Source: Armatimonadota bacterium (GTDB taxonomy: Bacteria; Armatimonadota; UBA10988). From it: a stretch of DNA of 64,000 nucleotides. Below are positions 35,918 through 44,809 of the stretch, piece by piece (position 1 is the stretch's first letter; each line of letters begins with the position of its first letter). The translations under genes were made by a program, and so were the position numbers. The notes beneath the pieces are model-generated. The model saw only the letters and a list, made by a program, of their open reading frames with translations, was not told where the DNA came from and made no database searches. The stretch covers positions 67,556 to 131,555 of the forward strand of contig JACRKZ010000031.1 of NCBI GenBank assembly GCA_016235455.1. Reading direction: 5' to 3'.

Positions 35918-38308
35918 ATGACCGTGACGTACCTGTGGCTTCTGACTCTGCTGGCTCCGCCAGTCCATCCCGCCGCCGAGCCGCTCGACCGCGCCATGGT
36001 GGCGGTGCCCGCCCAGACCGGCCTGCATGTGAGCTGGCGGCAACTGCCGTCGGACGCTCCCGGCGCGGGCTTCAACCTTTACCGCATCAACGCCGAGGGT
36101 CGCGCGACCAAGGCGAATGCCCATCCGGTGGCCGCCACGACCGACTTCGTCGACGAGGTCGAGGGCGCTAAGGAGTATCGCCTGCGCCCGGTGACCGGCG
36201 AGACCGAAGGGCCGGAGTGCGCCCGCTGCGTCCCGCTCGAGCAACCGTATCAGAGCCTCAAACTCGAGGGCAACGACGGGGTGCAGAAGCTGGGTCTGGG
36301 CGACCTGGATGGCGACGGCCGGCTGGACTACGTGCTCAAGCGGCCCGACACCAACGTCGACCCGTACTACAAGTACTGGGAGAAGTCGACCGGCACCTAC
36401 TACCTCGACGCGGTCACCGGCGATGGCCGCCGGCTGTGGCGGTACGACATGGGCTGGTCCATCGAGCGCGGCATCTGGTACTCGCCGTTCCTGGTCTATG
36501 ACCTGGATCGCGACGGTCGCGCCGAGGTCATGGTCAAAGCCGGCGAAGGCGACCCCCGCGAGCCCGACGGCAAGGTGCGCAAGGGCGCCGAGTGGCTGGT
36601 GGTGCTCGACGGCCGCACCGGCCGGGAGCGCTGCCGCGCGCCGTGGCCCACGCGTGAGGGCTTTGGCGACGGTGAGGACGGCTACAACCTGGCCAGCCGC
36701 AACCAGCTGGCCGTGGCCTGGCTCGACGGCCAGAATCCCAGCGTGCTGGCTCTGCGCGGCACGTACTCCATCATGAAGGCCGAGGCCTTCGATCTGGTCG
36801 ACGGCAAGCTCCGGGCGGGCTGGAAGTACCTGGGCGACAAGGCTGAGCAAATGGGCCAGGGCGCGCACTTCACTCACGCGGCGGACCTCGATGCTGACGG
36901 CCGCGACGAGGTTGTGCTCGGCAGCATGGTGCTGGACGACAACGGCGCGCCGTTGTGGTGCACGCGCCTGGGTCATCCCGACCACATGTACCTGGGCGAC
37001 CTCGACCCGCGTCGGCCAGGTCTGGAGATCTACTACGGCATCGAGTCCGCTCGCAAGACCAACGGCATGTGCCAGGTGGACGCGGCCACAGGCAAGATCC
37101 TGTGGGGCTGGGATCAGCCGACGACGCACGTCCACGCCACGGGCCTGTGCTCCGATATCGACCCCGAGCAGCCGGGCGCGGAGGCCTACAGCGCGGATTC
37201 GGTGGACCACAACCCCACCGGCGCGCACTGGCTGTGGGGCTCGGATGGCTCCATTCTGCGGCGCGATCTGGACTGGAGTTTCGGCAACAACGCGGTCTAT
37301 TGGGACGCCGATCTGCAGCGTGAGGTGATCAGCCGCAGCCAGATCATCGACTACGGCGGCGCCAGCCCATGGGCCGACATCAGCGGCGGCGTGGTGCTCA
37401 TCGCGGACCTGATGGGCGACTGGCGCGAGGAGGTGGTCTGCTCGCGGCCCGGCGAGCTGCGCATCTACACCACGCCCGAGCGCGCCTTCGACAGACGGGC
37501 CACGCTGCTGAGCGACCCGCTGTACCGCGCGGACGTGGCTATGACCGCCATGGGCTATACGCAGGTGCCCAGCCACCTGGCCAACTTCGAGGCGCAGAGC
37601 CCGAACCTGAACCTGCGCGCCGGCCTCGACGGCGATCCGCGCGCGTTGGTGGCGGTGGTCTCGGCGCCGCTGGGCCGCGGCATCGATGGTCGGCTGACCA
37701 TCAGCGCGGCGGACGACGCCATGGCGCCGGCGCGTTTCGAAGTGAAGCTGGCCGCGGGCGAGCGCAAGGTCTTCCGAGCGCGGCTGGACAAGGTGGCCGA
37801 AGCCCGCGTGACCGCCCTGGTCACCGACGACGACCTGAGCCTGCCGATGACCGCCACCTCGCCAGGCAGCCTGCCCAACGGCGGGTTCGAGCGATCTGTC
37901 GGGCAGAGCCCGACCGGTTGGGCCTGGTGGTCGCGCGACAACAGCGGCGGCGCCAAGACGCTGGAGCCCGGCCACAACAGCCGGCGCTGTGCGGCGTTGA
38001 GCTTCGATGGCAAGGAGGACTGGGCGTTCACCAACGGCCTGCGCCTCGCCGTCAAGCCCGGCCAGAAGGTTACCGCCCGCGGCTGGGCCCGCAGCGATGC
38101 CTGCGACTCGCTAGACCTGGCTGTGGTCGGCTATGCCGGCACCAAGCTGGTCAACTGGAACCTGGGCGTGGCCAGCGGCCGCGGCGCGTTTGCCTGGCGC
38201 GAGTTCGTGGCCACGGCGACGGTGCCCGAGGGCGTCGACACGGCGGTGATCCGCTGGGTCGGGCGCGGCAAGACGCGGGTCTGCGTGGACGAGGTGGGGT
38301 TCGAGTAG
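35918..38308 (+). CDS. Rhamnogalacturonan lyase family PL11-like beta-propeller protein with C-terminal CBM4/9-like module
   Basis: Repeated Ca-binding propeller motifs (GDLDGDGRLDYV, VYDLDRDGRAEV, ADLDADGRDEVV) typical of YesW-like PL11; C-terminal NGGFE...WAWWS...CVDEVGFE CBM-like domain. Confidence 0.6.
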   Translation: MTVTYLWLLTLLAPPVHPAAEPLDRAMVAVPAQTGLHVSWRQLPSDAPGAGFNLYRINAEGRATKANAHPVAATTDFVDEVEGAKEYRLRPVTGETEGPECARCVPLEQPYQSLKLEGNDGVQKLGLGDLDGDGRLDYVLKRPDTNVDPYYKYWEKSTGTYYLDAVTGDGRRLWRYDMGWSIERGIWYSPFLVYDLDRDGRAEVMVKAGEGDPREPDGKVRKGAEWLVVLDGRTGRERCRAPWPTREGFGDGEDGYNLASRNQLAVAWLDGQNPSVLALRGTYSIMKAEAFDLVDGKLRAGWKYLGDKAEQMGQGAHFTHAADLDADGRDEVVLGSMVLDDNGAPLWCTRLGHPDHMYLGDLDPRRPGLEIYYGIESARKTNGMCQVDAATGKILWGWDQPTTHVHATGLCSDIDPEQPGAEAYSADSVDHNPTGAHWLWGSDGSILRRDLDWSFGNNAVYWDADLQREVISRSQIIDYGGASPWADISGGVVLIADLMGDWREEVVCSRPGELRIYTTPERAFDRRATLLSDPLYRADVAMTAMGYTQVPSHLANFEAQSPNLNLRAGLDGDPRALVAVVSAPLGRGIDGRLTISAADDAMAPARFEVKLAAGERKVFRARLDKVAEARVTALVTDDDLSLPMTATSPGSLPNGGFERSVGQSPTGWAWWSRDNSGGAKTLEPGHNSRRCAALSFDGKEDWAFTNGLRLAVKPGQKVTARGWARSDACDSLDLAVVGYAGTKLVNWNLGVASGRGAFAWREFVATATVPEGVDTAVIRWVGRGKTRVCVDEVGFE

Positions 38309-38329
38309 GGCGCTTCCGGCGCCTCGCCA

Positions 38330-38370
38330 GTGTTCGGTGGTCAGCGCGCCAACGGGTCGACCACCGAACA
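38330..38370. terminator. Perfect 13-bp stem hairpin between convergent PL11 and GH95 genes (bidirectional terminator candidate); GC palindrome follows at 38391-38412
   Basis: gtgttcggtggtc ...14 nt... gaccaccgaacac. Confidence 0.5.
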
Positions 38371-38423
38371 CCGAGCCTGTGCGACGACTCGGCCGGGCCC
38401 GGCCCGGCCGGGTCGTTGCCGGA

Positions 38424-40889
38424 TCAGTTCGTGGGCTGACCCTCGACCCGCAACGCCCCATCCAACCGTGCCGCCTCGCCCCGGCCCAGCTTCACCTCCA
38501 CCGCCTGGCCCGCATACCGCACCTTGGCCGTCCCGCCGTTGTGGGCGACGATGCGCGCCGACGTCAGCCGGCCGGCGCGCCAGGCCAGGTCGACCTCGAA
38601 CCCGCCCACCGCGCGCAACCCGCGCACCTCGCCTTCGGGCCATGTGGGCGGTAGCGCCGGCAGCAGGTCCAGGCCGTCGCGATGGTCCCAGAGCAGCGTC
38701 TCGGCGATGCCGCGGGCCGCGCCGAAGTTGCCGTCGATCTGGAACGGCGGGTGCATATCGAACAGGTTCGTCGCCGTGTAGCGCGGGGTCAGCAGGCGGT
38801 TGAGCAGGGCCTGCACGCGCGCGCCGTCGCCCAGGCGCGCCCATAGACACAGCTTCCAACCCATCGACCAGCCGGTGGCTTCGTCGCCGCGGCGTTCCAG
38901 GCTGGCGCGCACCGCATCGACCAGCTTCGGCGCGCGCTCAGGGGTGATCTCGTCGCCAGGGAAGAAGCCGTAGAGGTGCGAGACGTGGCGGTGATGCACC
39001 TCCGCTTCGTCGAAGTCCTTGTCCCACTCCTGAAGCTGGCCGTGTGCGCCGATCTGGTAGGGCAGCAGCCGCGCTGCCTTGGTGTCGAGCTCGGTGGCCA
39101 GGGCGGCATCGCGACCCAGCAGGCGCGCCGCTTCGGCGGTGTGCGTGAACAGCTCGCGGCAGATGGCCATGTCCATGGTCGTGCCCAGGGTCACCGCCGC
39201 GCGTTCGGTCTTGCCATCGCGCTGGTAGACAAAGGTGTTCTCGGGGCTGGTGCTGACCGGCGTGACCAGCACGCCGTCGGCGCGCTCGGTCAGCCAGTCC
39301 AGGAAGAACTCGCTGGCGCCGCGCAGGATGGGGTAGACCTCGGCCAGGAAGGCGCGGTCGCCGGTGAACTCATAGTGCCGCCAGAGGTGCTGGCAGAACC
39401 AGCCGCCGGCCATGGGCCACCAGCTCGCGGTCGGGCTCCCGTCCACCGGCGCGGCCTCGCGCCAGATGCTGCAGTTGTGCGACATGCACCAGCCGCGCGC
39501 GCCGAACACCGCCTTGGCCACGCGGCTGCCAGTCACCGTGGCTTCGCGGACCAGGTCGAACAGCGGCTGCTCGCACTCGCCCAGGTTGCCCCGGGCGGCG
39601 TTCCAGTAGTTCATCTCGGTGTTAATGTTGACCGTGTAGCCCGCGTTCCACGGCGGGATGATGTCGCGGTTCCAGATGCCTTGCAGGTTCAGCGGCTGGC
39701 CGCCGGGCCGCGAGCCGGCGATCATCAGGTAGCGGCTGAACTGGTAGTAGAGCGCCGCCAGCGCCGGGTCGCCGTCCGTCGCGTAGCGCCGGATGCGTTC
39801 GTCGGTGGGCAGCTCGGCGTTCGCCGTGATCGGTCCGAGCCGCACGGCCAGCCGATCGAACAGCGCGCGATGGTCGGCCACATGGCGGGCGCGCAGCTCG
39901 GCATACGGCCGCGAGGCGGCCTTCATCTGCCGCGTACAGAGCATCTCGGGGTCGCGTCCCTGTCGGCTGGGGCTCTTGTCGAAACCGTTGAAGCTCGTCG
40001 CCGCGCAGAGGATGACCGTGGCGCGGTCCGCGCCGACCAGCCGCAGCGACTGGCCCTCGACGGTGAGTTGGCCGCCGTCGGCGAAGACGCGCGCGCGCAT
40101 CTGGAAGAACGTGCCGCGTCCGTCGCATTCAGCGCCGTAGAGCACGCGCTTGTCCGGGTCGGCGAAGCGCCGTTGCCACCCGCCGGCGCCGTCCGGCTCG
40201 TAGAACGCGGGGTACTTGCGCTGGTCGCCCCAGGCTTCGACGTTCTTGGTCAGATCACGCCGCAGCGCCTCGCCTGGGCCCTGGGCGGCCAGCACCAGCG
40301 TGTCCGCGTCAACACCATGCCATTTCGCCGTGGGCTTGTGCTGCGTGTCGAGCCGCAACGTGAAGCTCACCGTGCCGGGCCGGTCGGCGGTCAGGTGCAC
40401 GACGATGGCCTGATCCGGATGGCTGACGAACGCTTCGCGCTGGTAGGTCACGTCGCCACGCCGGTAGCGCACGCGCGCCACGGCCTCGGCCAGATCGAGT
40501 TCGCGGCGGTAGTCGGTCACCGCGCCGGCGCCGTCGAGGTCGAGCAGCAGGTCGCCCAATGGCTGATACGGGGCGTTGCTGCGGCCCAGCCAGTTGGCCC
40601 GCACGAGTTCCTGTGCCTCCGCATGGCGGCCGGCGCGCAGCAGCGCGGTGATCTCGGGCCGCTTGGGGCGGATGTCGGGCAGAAACATGCTGGTCTCGGG
40701 TTCCAGCGCGTACAGCGTGTTGTCATTGAGCGCCAGCACCTCGTGTTCGGGGTTGCCATGGACCATCGCGCCCAGCCGGCCATTGCCCATGGGGAAGGCG
40801 GCGTGCCAGTCGCGGTCGGCCGGCTTGTCGTACCAGACGAGCGTGGGCGACGCGGCCAGCAGAGCGGCGCCGAGGGTGGTGATGAGCAT
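38424..40889 (-). CDS. Alpha-L-fucosidase, glycoside hydrolase family 95
   Basis: WYDKPA...AFPMGNGRLGAMV N-terminus, SPENTF, QIDGNFG, WSMGWK motifs of GH95; start at MLITTLGAALLAASP (signal peptide). Confidence 0.8.
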   Translation of the reverse strand: MLITTLGAALLAASPTLVWYDKPADRDWHAAFPMGNGRLGAMVHGNPEHEVLALNDNTLYALEPETSMFLPDIRPKRPEITALLRAGRHAEAQELVRANWLGRSNAPYQPLGDLLLDLDGAGAVTDYRRELDLAEAVARVRYRRGDVTYQREAFVSHPDQAIVVHLTADRPGTVSFTLRLDTQHKPTAKWHGVDADTLVLAAQGPGEALRRDLTKNVEAWGDQRKYPAFYEPDGAGGWQRRFADPDKRVLYGAECDGRGTFFQMRARVFADGGQLTVEGQSLRLVGADRATVILCAATSFNGFDKSPSRQGRDPEMLCTRQMKAASRPYAELRARHVADHRALFDRLAVRLGPITANAELPTDERIRRYATDGDPALAALYYQFSRYLMIAGSRPGGQPLNLQGIWNRDIIPPWNAGYTVNINTEMNYWNAARGNLGECEQPLFDLVREATVTGSRVAKAVFGARGWCMSHNCSIWREAAPVDGSPTASWWPMAGGWFCQHLWRHYEFTGDRAFLAEVYPILRGASEFFLDWLTERADGVLVTPVSTSPENTFVYQRDGKTERAAVTLGTTMDMAICRELFTHTAEAARLLGRDAALATELDTKAARLLPYQIGAHGQLQEWDKDFDEAEVHHRHVSHLYGFFPGDEITPERAPKLVDAVRASLERRGDEATGWSMGWKLCLWARLGDGARVQALLNRLLTPRYTATNLFDMHPPFQIDGNFGAARGIAETLLWDHRDGLDLLPALPPTWPEGEVRGLRAVGGFEVDLAWRAGRLTSARIVAHNGGTAKVRYAGQAVEVKLGRGEAARLDGALRVEGQPTN

Positions 40890-41035
40890 GGCGGGTCCTC
40901 GCTGGTCCTGACTTCGGCATGCCTGCGCCGGCACCTCGGTCAGCGCTTAACGTTGTCGGGAGACCCTTTTTGTAATCAAGGCAGGAAGCTATCGCCTTAC
41001 GGCGAACGGTTGCTCGTTGTGATCAGGGGTGCATC

Positions 41036-43009
41036 ATGTCCGAGATAGACCACGCCGAACCGAAGCTGCCCAGGTACTGCGATGTGATCATGAAGGGCGG
41101 CACGGCCAGTGCCATCGTCTACCCGCCGTTGCTGGCGACCTTGGCTGGCCGGCACGCGCCTTTCGAGTTGCGCAATCTGGCAGGCACGTCCGCGGGGTCG
41201 ATTGGCGCGGTGCTCGGCGCCGCGGCCGAGTACCGGCGGCAGCAGGCCAAGCAGCAGGGGAAGACCGACCCAGCGGAGCTGAGCGCGGGATTCGACATCC
41301 TGGACGACTTCGCCACGTTGGCCGCGGCTGACGGGGGCATCTTGCCCCGGTTCGAGCCCACCGCCGCCGCCGCGCCGCTGTGGGAAGCGATCTGGGCGTT
41401 TCGCCAGGCGCAAGGCGCCTGGGGCCGCCTGCACGCGGTCGAGAAGCTGGTGGGCGCGTTTGGCGCCGACTTGCTGGCAGGGCTCGCGGGCGGCATGGTG
41501 GTTGCGCTGTTGCTGGCGGTGACGGTGCTGACCCGCGCCGACTGGGCGGCGCTAGCCGTGCTGGCGGCCGCGCTGTGCGCACTGGTGTGGGGGCCCAACA
41601 GCCGGCCGATGCGCGCTTGCGCGTGGTTGGTGCTGGCGGCGAGCGTGGCGGCGGCGCTGACGGGCCTGTCTCACCTGGCGGCCGGCTGGGGCCTGGTGTC
41701 GTTCGTCATCCTTGGCGGCCTGGTCGGTGCGGTGAGCGGCGCCGCGGCGCGTGTCTGGACGATCTTCGGTCGCGTGCTGCCGACGCAGGGCTATGGCATC
41801 TGCGAGGGCGCCCGGCTGACCCAGTGGTTGCACGAGCAGGTGCAACTGGTGGCCGATCTGCCAGTCGGCCGGCCGTTGACCTTTTCCGACTTGGCGGGCT
41901 GCGTGCCCGACAGTGAGAGCCCGCTGCAGCTGGCCATGCTGACCACCTGTTTGAGCCAGCGCCGGCCCTATCACCTGCCGTTCCGCCAGCGGTGCTGGTG
42001 GTTCGACCGCGACGAGTTGGCGCCGTTGGTGGGCGGCGTGATTGTCGACGCGCTGGTGCAGGCGGCGACGGCGCCGCGCACCAAGGCAGGCCCCGACCCC
42101 GAGGAGCCGGACGACGACGGGCCGGTACTGGACTGCGTCACGACCAGCGAGGGGCGCCGGCTGTACCCGCTGCCCTGCGAGGGGATGCCAGTTGTCTTCG
42201 CCATGCGCATGAGCATGGCGCTGCCGGTCGTGCTGAGCGCTGTGCCCCTGTGGGGCCGGCGGTTCGTGAACCTGGCCGAGGACGACAGCGCGGAGCCGGA
42301 GTGGGCGCCGGTCTATGAGCGGGTGTGGTTCAGCGACGGCGGCACGACCTCCAACCTGCCCATCCATCTGTTCGACGTCATGGTGCCGCGCTGGCCCACC
42401 GTGACCATCAACCTGGACTACAGCTCCAGGCCCTGGGACGAGCGTGGCGCGTGGCTGGCCGACAGCAACGCCAGCGGCATGGCTCCGCCGCGGTTCGGCA
42501 TTGAAGGAACGCTGGGCTTCCTGACGCAGCTGTTCGAGACGGCCCGCAACTGGCAGGACAGCACACAGATGGTGGTGCCCGGCCAGCGTGACCGCATCGC
42601 CAACGTCTGGCTCTCGGCCGAAGAGGGCGGCATGAACCTGGACATGAGCGCGGAGTCCATGGGCCGCGTCGCCGCCAAGGCACGCCTGGCGGGCCAACTG
42701 CTGGTCGAGCGCTTCCACACCCCAGCGGGCCACGCCGGCCTCAACTGGGCCAACCATCGGTGGATCCGCCTGCTCAACGCGACCAAGCTACTGGAGGGTG
42801 CCCTGGAGCAGTACCAGCAAGCCGAGACGACGCCGCCCAGCTACAACGACCTGCTCGAGGGGTCCAGACCGCCTTCGTACGCAAAATGCGTCAAGGCCGC
42901 CAGGGAGTCCGTCGAGGCGCTGCGGCATCAGGCGCCCAGCGCTGAGCTAAGCCGCTGCCCGCACACGCCCAAGCCCGAGTGCGAGCTGCGTATCCGGCCC
43001 AAGCTGTAG
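41036..43009 (+). CDS. Patatin-like phospholipase with a large membrane-spanning insertion between the nucleophile and the catalytic Asp
   Basis: Oxyanion-hole MKGGTASAIVY, GxSxG GTSAGS near the N-terminus, DGG motif FSDGGTTSNLP about 375 aa later; 3-4 predicted TM helices in between. Confidence 0.8.
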   Translation: MSEIDHAEPKLPRYCDVIMKGGTASAIVYPPLLATLAGRHAPFELRNLAGTSAGSIGAVLGAAAEYRRQQAKQQGKTDPAELSAGFDILDDFATLAAADGGILPRFEPTAAAAPLWEAIWAFRQAQGAWGRLHAVEKLVGAFGADLLAGLAGGMVVALLLAVTVLTRADWAALAVLAAALCALVWGPNSRPMRACAWLVLAASVAAALTGLSHLAAGWGLVSFVILGGLVGAVSGAAARVWTIFGRVLPTQGYGICEGARLTQWLHEQVQLVADLPVGRPLTFSDLAGCVPDSESPLQLAMLTTCLSQRRPYHLPFRQRCWWFDRDELAPLVGGVIVDALVQAATAPRTKAGPDPEEPDDDGPVLDCVTTSEGRRLYPLPCEGMPVVFAMRMSMALPVVLSAVPLWGRRFVNLAEDDSAEPEWAPVYERVWFSDGGTTSNLPIHLFDVMVPRWPTVTINLDYSSRPWDERGAWLADSNASGMAPPRFGIEGTLGFLTQLFETARNWQDSTQMVVPGQRDRIANVWLSAEEGGMNLDMSAESMGRVAAKARLAGQLLVERFHTPAGHAGLNWANHRWIRLLNATKLLEGALEQYQQAETTPPSYNDLLEGSRPPSYAKCVKAARESVEALRHQAPSAELSRCPHTPKPECELRIRPKL

Positions 43010-43024
43010 CAGCACGCGGATCGG

Positions 43025-43060
43025 CATGGAGCACAACCGGGGACAGCCGTGCTCCATGCT
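43025..43060. terminator. 11-bp-stem hairpin between convergent patatin and xylB genes
   Basis: gcatggagcac aaccggggacagcc gtgctccatgc. Confidence 0.5.
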
Positions 43061-43068
43061 GGTCCGCG

Positions 43069-44610
43069 CTACAGCTTCTCGACCAGCGCCGCGGCCCGCG
43101 CGAAGCCGTCACGCAGTGCCGGATAGGCCTGGGTGTACAGTTCGCGGTAGACCTGTTCGTACCGCTCGACGTTGGCCGCGATCGGCTCGGTGACGGTGGC
43201 CGTCTCGATCATCGCGTCGCAAGCCTGCTCGACGCTGGACCACAGGCCCGCGCCCACACCGGCCAGCAAGGTCACGCCCAGTGCCGGGCCTTCCTCGATG
43301 TTGATGGTGGTGATGGGCAGGCCGAAGACATCGGCCTGGATCTGGCGCCACAGCGGGGAACGAGCGCCGCCGCCGCTGGCGCGCACTTCGTTGATGGGCA
43401 CGCCGCCGGCGCGCATGATCTCCACCGAGTCGCGCAGGCCCATGGCCACGCCCTCCAGCACGGCGCGGGCCAGGTGGCGCTTGTCGTGCCGCAGGCTGAG
43501 GTTGAGGAACGCGCCGCGGGCGTTGGGGTCGGGGTAGGGTGCCCGCTCGCCGGTCAGGTACGGGGCGAAGATAAGGCCCTCGCAGCCCAGCGGCGCTTGG
43601 GCCGCGGCGGCGGTGATCAACTCGTAGGGATCCTGCCCGGTGAGGCCGGCTACGTGCTTCTCTTCTCCCGCCAACGCATCACGGTACCAGCGCAGCGAGC
43701 CGCCGGCGGACAGCATGACGCCCATGGCGTGCCACTTGCCGGGCACCGCATGGCAGAAGGTGTGGGTGCGCAGGCTGGGGTCGGTGGTGGGTTCGTCGGC
43801 CGAGGCGAAGATGACGCCGGACGTGCCCGTGGAGGCCCACAGCAGGCCGGGTCGCACGATGCCCGTGCCTACGGCGCCCGCGGCGCAGTCGCCCGCGCCG
43901 CCCACCACCGGCGTGCCGGCCTTCAGGCCGGTCAGCTCGGCCACCGCGGCGGTGACGGAGCCGCTGGGCACGGGCGACTCATAGACCTTGGGGAACCAGT
44001 TGGCCGGCAGGCCTATCTTGTCGAGCAACTTGGTCGACCAGTCGCGCGCGGGCACGTTGAGCAGCGCGGTGCCCGAGGCGTCGGAAACCTCGGTGGCGAA
44101 CTCGCCCGTGAGCCGGTAGCGCAGATAGTCCTTGGGCAGCAGGACATGGCGCACACGGTCGAAGTTGGCCGGCTCCTCGTCGCGCAACCAGACGATCTTG
44201 GGCGCCTGGAACCCGGTCAGGATGGGGTTGCAGATCTCCTCGTGGAGCAGCTTCTCGCCTGCCACGCGGGTAATCTGCGCGCACTGGTCGCCGGTGCGCT
44301 GGTCGTTCCAGAGCAGCGCGGGCCGGATGACGCGGCCCGCGGCATCGAGGAACACCGAGCCGTGCATCTGGCCGCTGAGGCCGATGCCGGCGATGGCCGA
44401 AGAGTCGGCGCCCGAACGGGCCAGGGCACCTTGGATGCTGGCGACGGTCGCTTCCCACCAGGTGTCGGGCTCCTGCTCGGTCCAGCCCGGCCGCGGCGTC
44501 AGCAGCGGGTATTCCACCAGACAGGAGGCCAGCAACTGCTTGCTGTCCGCATCCAGCAGGATCGTCTTCACGCCCGAGGTGCCCAGATCAATGCCCAGAA
44601 GGATCGCCAT
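43069..44610 (-). CDS. xylB: Xylulokinase (FGGY carbohydrate kinase)
   Basis: MAILLGIDLGTSGVK, GLSGQMHGSV, GGAGDCAAGAVGTG FGGY signatures. Confidence 0.85.
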   Translation of the reverse strand: MAILLGIDLGTSGVKTILLDADSKQLLASCLVEYPLLTPRPGWTEQEPDTWWEATVASIQGALARSGADSSAIAGIGLSGQMHGSVFLDAAGRVIRPALLWNDQRTGDQCAQITRVAGEKLLHEEICNPILTGFQAPKIVWLRDEEPANFDRVRHVLLPKDYLRYRLTGEFATEVSDASGTALLNVPARDWSTKLLDKIGLPANWFPKVYESPVPSGSVTAAVAELTGLKAGTPVVGGAGDCAAGAVGTGIVRPGLLWASTGTSGVIFASADEPTTDPSLRTHTFCHAVPGKWHAMGVMLSAGGSLRWYRDALAGEEKHVAGLTGQDPYELITAAAAQAPLGCEGLIFAPYLTGERAPYPDPNARGAFLNLSLRHDKRHLARAVLEGVAMGLRDSVEIMRAGGVPINEVRASGGGARSPLWRQIQADVFGLPITTINIEEGPALGVTLLAGVGAGLWSSVEQACDAMIETATVTEPIAANVERYEQVYRELYTQAYPALRDGFARAAALVEKL

Positions 44611-44809
44611 TTCCCACTCCATTGCGCGGCTGCCGAGTCTACCAGTCCGGCCCCCGGCTCGCAAGATGCGCCGGGCATGTCACCTGGATGTTACGTTAGG
44701 TGGCGATGGGCTAATCATAGCCATAGTTAGGCGGGCGAGGACAGGCTAACATGGCCACAGCGGTTGGTCGTGGTACGGGGCCGTGGCCGTGATCGCAGGG
44801 GATTGAGTC

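Noticed and set aside
36000-36075. FtsK start at 36075 or 35997
   Set aside because: Would overlap the divergent PL11 gene start (35918) and its promoter; the first hydrophobic helices begin near 35780, so a start around 35844 is more plausible, though not certain.
35156-37975. 939-aa minus-strand ORF covering the PL11-like gene
   Set aside because: Antisense; the plus strand encodes repeated calcium-binding propeller motifs and a CBM.
38976-41048. 690-aa plus-strand ORF over GH95
   Set aside because: Antisense of a clear GH95 fucosidase.
41552-42757. 401-aa minus-strand ORF inside the patatin gene
   Set aside because: Antisense; the plus strand has the patatin catalytic motifs.
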